This document shows, piece after piece, positions 60,551 to 64,000 of a DNA stretch of 64,000 bases. The notes below the pieces were generated by a model. It did no database searches. It was not told where the DNA came from and saw only the letters and a list, made by a program, of their open reading frames with translations. Within the stretch, counting starts at the first letter, position 1; each line of letters begins with the position of its first letter. The translations under genes and the position numbers were made by a program. This stretch comes from Candidatus Aceula meridiana (GTDB lineage: Bacteria; Omnitrophota; Gorgyraeia; Zapsychrales; Aceulaceae), in assembly GCA_030765185.1 (NCBI GenBank), contig JAVCDE010000003.1:128038-192037 (forward strand). The letters run 5' to 3'.

Positions 60551-60655
60551 TGTAAAAAAGGCTGTAAAATTGAAACTGGAGAGTTCGGCGCGATGATAGA
60601 TGTGTCTTTGATTGATGACGGGCCGGTGATGTTTATTTTGAGTAGAGGGGAATAA
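60551..60655 (+). pseudogene. Diverged remnant of the dtd 3' end
   Basis: Reads [34 protein letters not shown]; 20/32 aa identical to Dtd C-terminus [32 protein letters not shown], same stop position; in-frame TAG immediately upstream. Confidence 0.85.
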
Positions 60656-62047
60656 ATGAAATTATTGGATTCGTACAATAGGGGTAAAAAAAGAATTTTG
60701 TTGATTTCTTTGTTTGTTTTGGGGTTCTGCTTTTTTGCGAGTAAACATTTTGTTCGTGGAGAAGTAGTGGAGGGTGAGGTGCATAGATGTGAAATGTTTG
60801 CTATGATTGGCGGGTCCGGAAGATGTTGGGGGGAGATTGCCGTGCAAGAAAACGATACTTCGATATGTGACAAGGCTCGAGAATCTGAATATTGTTACAT
60901 AGAGTTTGCGGCACGAAAGAAAGATCCTGCTCTTTGTCTTGAACAATGGGGGAAGCTAGCGGGCTCAGAACCATCTTATTACAGGGACATGTGTCTGAAA
61001 GAAGTTGCCATAAGAGCACAAATACCTTCTCTTTGTGATGACATAGGACCCAGTTATTTTAAGACTGAATGTTATACAGAGCTTGCAAAATTAGAAGGAG
61101 AAAAGTCTTATTGTGAAAAAATTTCTTCAGATGATCATCGCTATTCTTGCTATGTGAACATGGATCCTCATGAGTATGGACATTTATGCGAAGAAATAAA
61201 AAATAGGGGCAATAAAGATGGGTGCATTAGGATGGTGGCTATGGAGGAAAAGGACTACAAAAAATGCTTGGAAATAATCTCAGGGCAAGGACGAGATCTT
61301 TGTCTAGGGCAGGTTGAGGATTATGATTTTAAAAAATGTGAGCTGATAGAAGATCAGAGAATGAAAGATCATTGCTATATAGAGGTGATAAAATTTAGAA
61401 ATTATGATGTTGAAAAAAGTGTATGCAGGAAAATAGAAAATCAATACTCTCATGATGAATGCGTTTCCAAACTCGCTTATACGAAAGTTGCTCATAAGGA
61501 TTGCGATCAAATAGAAAATCAGAAATTTAGGCTTTTCTGTAACCGAAAAGGTATGCCAAAAGAATGTGATGTTTTAGAAGACGAGGGAGAGAGAAAGGAA
61601 TGTTTTTCTCTGCTGACTTATCTAGGGGGAGATGCTTCTTGTTGCTCTCAACTGCCAGAAGGCGAGGAAAGGCGCACTTGTCATCTGTATATTTACGAGA
61701 AGGGTTATGTTAGAACATGTAGCAATACTCGTGACGAAACAAAAAAACAGCAATGTTATTTGCAGCTGGCAGTAGATACGGGCAATGTTGAGGTTTGCAA
61801 TCAAATGGAAAAAGGAGCGATAAAGCAGCAATGTTATCATCAGGTGGCTGAAAAAACTGGAAATATTCAAGCGTGTCATCAGATGGAAGGAGAAGGGCCC
61901 CAATGGAATTGCTACGCCGGAGTAGCTTTACATTCAAAGGACAAGACAATTTGCCAAAAGATTGAGGATGATTATTGGAAGGGTGTTTGTTTGAAGTGGA
62001 TCAACATTGATAGGGATGGTGGAAATCCCCCGTCGTCTAGATTTTAG
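60656..62047 (+). CDS. Exported Cys-rich repeat protein (~26-aa C-x11-C repeats)
   Basis: N-terminal signal/anchor; 34 Cys by hand count, mostly as C..I......C[YLF] pairs. Confidence 0.8.
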   Translation: MKLLDSYNRGKKRILLISLFVLGFCFFASKHFVRGEVVEGEVHRCEMFAMIGGSGRCWGEIAVQENDTSICDKARESEYCYIEFAARKKDPALCLEQWGKLAGSEPSYYRDMCLKEVAIRAQIPSLCDDIGPSYFKTECYTELAKLEGEKSYCEKISSDDHRYSCYVNMDPHEYGHLCEEIKNRGNKDGCIRMVAMEEKDYKKCLEIISGQGRDLCLGQVEDYDFKKCELIEDQRMKDHCYIEVIKFRNYDVEKSVCRKIENQYSHDECVSKLAYTKVAHKDCDQIENQKFRLFCNRKGMPKECDVLEDEGERKECFSLLTYLGGDASCCSQLPEGEERRTCHLYIYEKGYVRTCSNTRDETKKQQCYLQLAVDTGNVEVCNQMEKGAIKQQCYHQVAEKTGNIQACHQMEGEGPQWNCYAGVALHSKDKTICQKIEDDYWKGVCLKWINIDRDGGNPPSSRF

Positions 62048-62255
62048 CCGGACTTCTAGGGTAATTTCGAAGGATGGTTTGCGTTGCTATCGGTTAAATC
62101 ATTTATCCAGTTTGTGGTGTCGTGCACAATGATGTGCATTTTAACCAGGAGATTTTGGACAAACGTTTGGTGAGCTTGTATTAAAGGAAAGCGCAAAATT
62201 TTTCCAGATAGAGAATTTTTTTAAATTTAGAAACTATTGCTTAAAATTTTATTTT

Positions 62256-63026
62256 ATGATTAATCTAATAGATACCCATGCACACTTAAATGATATTGAA
62301 GATATCGATTCTGCTCTGACGCGGGCTAAAGAAACAGGTGTGACCACGATTATTGCGCAAGGCGTTGATCTGGCATCCAACAAAAAGAATCTGGCGATTA
62401 AGCAAAAATTCTTGGATATGGACATTCGTTTGGCATTTGGTATTCATCCAGGCAATATTAACGAGAGTGAAATTGAAGAGACTTTTGAGTTTATTCGGGA
62501 ACATAAAGATGATATTGTCGCCATTGGAGAGACAGGGCTAGATTTTTGGTATCGATGGGTTCGCAAAGATGATGAAAAAAAACAACAGCAAAAGCAGATT
62601 TTTGAAAGGCAGATTGATTTAGCGAAAGAATTTGATCTTCCGATTGTGATCCATAGTCGCGGAGCGTGGCAAGACTGTTTTTTGATGGCTAAAAAAAAGC
62701 ATGTTGAAAAAGCTGTGTTTCATTGGTATAGTGGGCCTGTAGATGTTTTAAAGGAAGTTTTAGATAGCGGGTTCTTTATTTCTGCGACACCGGCGTTGGC
62801 TTACAGTTTTGAGTTGCAAGAGGCAATTGCATTTGCGCCAATCGAACAAACTTTGGTTGAAACAGATTCGCCAGTTTTTTATAAGATTGATGAAAAGGGC
62901 TTTAAGGCAGAACCTAAAGACGTTTTTAAAACATTAGAGTTTTACAGTCACTTGAAGAAGATAGATCCTCAGAAAGCGGCAAATATTCTTAACGCAAATG
63001 CAAAAAAAGTTTTTCACTTATCTTAA
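62256..63026 (+). CDS. tatD: TatD-family hydrolase
   Basis: IDTHAHL, GIHP, IGETGLDF, IHSR, ETDSP. Confidence 0.93.
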   Translation: MINLIDTHAHLNDIEDIDSALTRAKETGVTTIIAQGVDLASNKKNLAIKQKFLDMDIRLAFGIHPGNINESEIEETFEFIREHKDDIVAIGETGLDFWYRWVRKDDEKKQQQKQIFERQIDLAKEFDLPIVIHSRGAWQDCFLMAKKKHVEKAVFHWYSGPVDVLKEVLDSGFFISATPALAYSFELQEAIAFAPIEQTLVETDSPVFYKIDEKGFKAEPKDVFKTLEFYSHLKKIDPQKAANILNANAKKVFHLS

Positions 63027-63031
63027 AAAAT

Positions 63032-63817
63032 ATGTTTGAAATTTTAAGCAAACAAATTATTACTGACCGCGTAAAGCGTATTGACGTTAAAGCCCCTAAA
63101 ATTGCTCAAACGGCAAAGCCGGGACAGTTTGTTTTAGTCATGCCTGATGACAAAACGATGCGCGTTAGCCTTCCGATTGCTGAGGTTAACCTTATAAAAG
63201 AATCTATTACGCTTATCTTCTGTGAGGATAGCCCATCTCTTGATAGGCTTGGTAATTTATGGATTGGCGACTCACTCTCCGCTGTGATTGGCCCGCTTGG
63301 GATGCCAGAGGCGATTGTAAAAGAAAGCAAGGTGGCTTGTGTCGGGTATGGGATTGGTATCGCCGCAATTATGTTTTTATGCCGGGAGCTTCGTAAAAAT
63401 GACAACAAAGTTATCGGCATTATCGGAGGAAAAACAGGGAAAGATATTATTTTAGAGCCACAGATGCGTTTAACGTGTCAAAAAATATTTTTAATGACCG
63501 AAGATGGAACGGCTGGGCGAAAAGGGTATGTGACGCAAGCGCTTGAAGAAGTTGTTCAGAATGAAAAAGCCTCTTTGGTTTATGTTGCTGGGCCTATTGA
63601 AATTATTGAAGAAATTCTTATTGTTGCGAGGGCGCAGGCCGTTAAAACTAAAGTTATTATCGAGCCGCTGACCATTGACGGAATGGGAATTTGCGGGACA
63701 GGGCAAATTTGTGTGGACGGTGCTGATACGTGTGTTGCCCTGGATGGGCCGATTTTTGAGGCAGAAAAACTTGACCTTGAGAATTTAAGACAAAAAATGA
63801 ATAATTTTACCAAATAA
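63032..63817 (+). CDS. NfnA/SudB/PyrK-like FAD/NAD-binding subunit (divergent)
   Basis: AKPGQFV, GPLG, TEDGTAGRKGYVT, DGPIF; upstream of an NfnB/GltD-like gene. Confidence 0.8.
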   Translation: MFEILSKQIITDRVKRIDVKAPKIAQTAKPGQFVLVMPDDKTMRVSLPIAEVNLIKESITLIFCEDSPSLDRLGNLWIGDSLSAVIGPLGMPEAIVKESKVACVGYGIGIAAIMFLCRELRKNDNKVIGIIGGKTGKDIILEPQMRLTCQKIFLMTEDGTAGRKGYVTQALEEVVQNEKASLVYVAGPIEIIEEILIVARAQAVKTKVIIEPLTIDGMGICGTGQICVDGADTCVALDGPIFEAEKLDLENLRQKMNNFTK

Positions 63818-63818
63818 T

Positions 63819-64000
63819 ATGAGACAACCAAACATACCGGTGCAGACCCCGGCCAAACGAGTTAAAAATTTTCATGAAGTGGAATTAGGATTTTCCAAAA
63901 GACAAGCTATGGAAGAGGCCAGACGATGCCCTCAGTGTACTAATCCAAAGTGCGTTGCTGGATGCCCCTTAGGGGTTGATATCCCTGGGTTTATTCGCTC
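63819..64000 (+). CDS. NfnB/SudA/GltD-like subunit, 5' end (partial)
   Basis: Hand translation MRQPNIPVQTPAKRVKNFHEVELGFSKRQAMEEARRCPQCTNPKCVAGCPLGVDIPGFIR. Confidence 0.9.
   Translation, partial: MRQPNIPVQTPAKRVKNFHEVELGFSKRQAMEEARRCPQCTNPKCVAGCPLGVDIPGFIR

Noticed and set aside
60547-60873. 108-aa minus-strand ORF over the dtd remnant
   Set aside because: Antisense shadow of the dtd remnant and the Cys-repeat gene; the + strand reading explains the sequence.

Overview
AT-rich bacterial chromosomal segment, almost all on the + strand and mostly housekeeping. It runs from the end of the spc/alpha ribosomal operon (secY-adk-map-infA-rpmJ-rpsM-rpsK-rpsD-rpoA-rplQ) through aspC-like, pilT, icd-like, lipB and glycolipid genes, then aroQ-pepP-efp-accBC-asp23-amaP, pfk, gmhA and tRNA-Gly(CCC). 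It continues through a nucleotide-hydrolase cluster, aroB, PilZ genes, uvrB, coaX, a cold-shock gene, CIRCE-controlled groES/groEL, guaB3-guaA, dnaE, HU, hisS, aspS, phoH-HD-ybeY-recO, a Hel308-like helicase, dtd, tatD and the start of an nfnAB/sudBA-like pair. A small basic protein resembling the PVC-superphylum signature protein, together with diderm envelope genes, suggests a PVC organism, possibly Ca. Omnitrophota (inference, not tested). I found no CRISPR array, rRNA, transposase or integrase. Three small genes missing from the ORF track were read by hand (rpmJ, a Trm112-family gene, a 53-aa membrane microprotein). The best candidate for an undescribed system is at 59.5-62.2 kb: dtd is followed by an orphan membrane gene, then a diverged, internally deleted second copy of the dtd 3' end, then a secreted Cys-repeat gene, which looks like a dtd-anchored cassette-exchange locus. 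Other oddities are a promoter-bracketed structured RNA candidate (12.74-12.84 kb), an archaeal-type Hel308, a GAD-less AspRS, a degenerate NfnA, a bL17 tail ending in a possible membrane-targeting helix, and recurrent leaderless promoters. All product calls come from motif recognition, without database searches.
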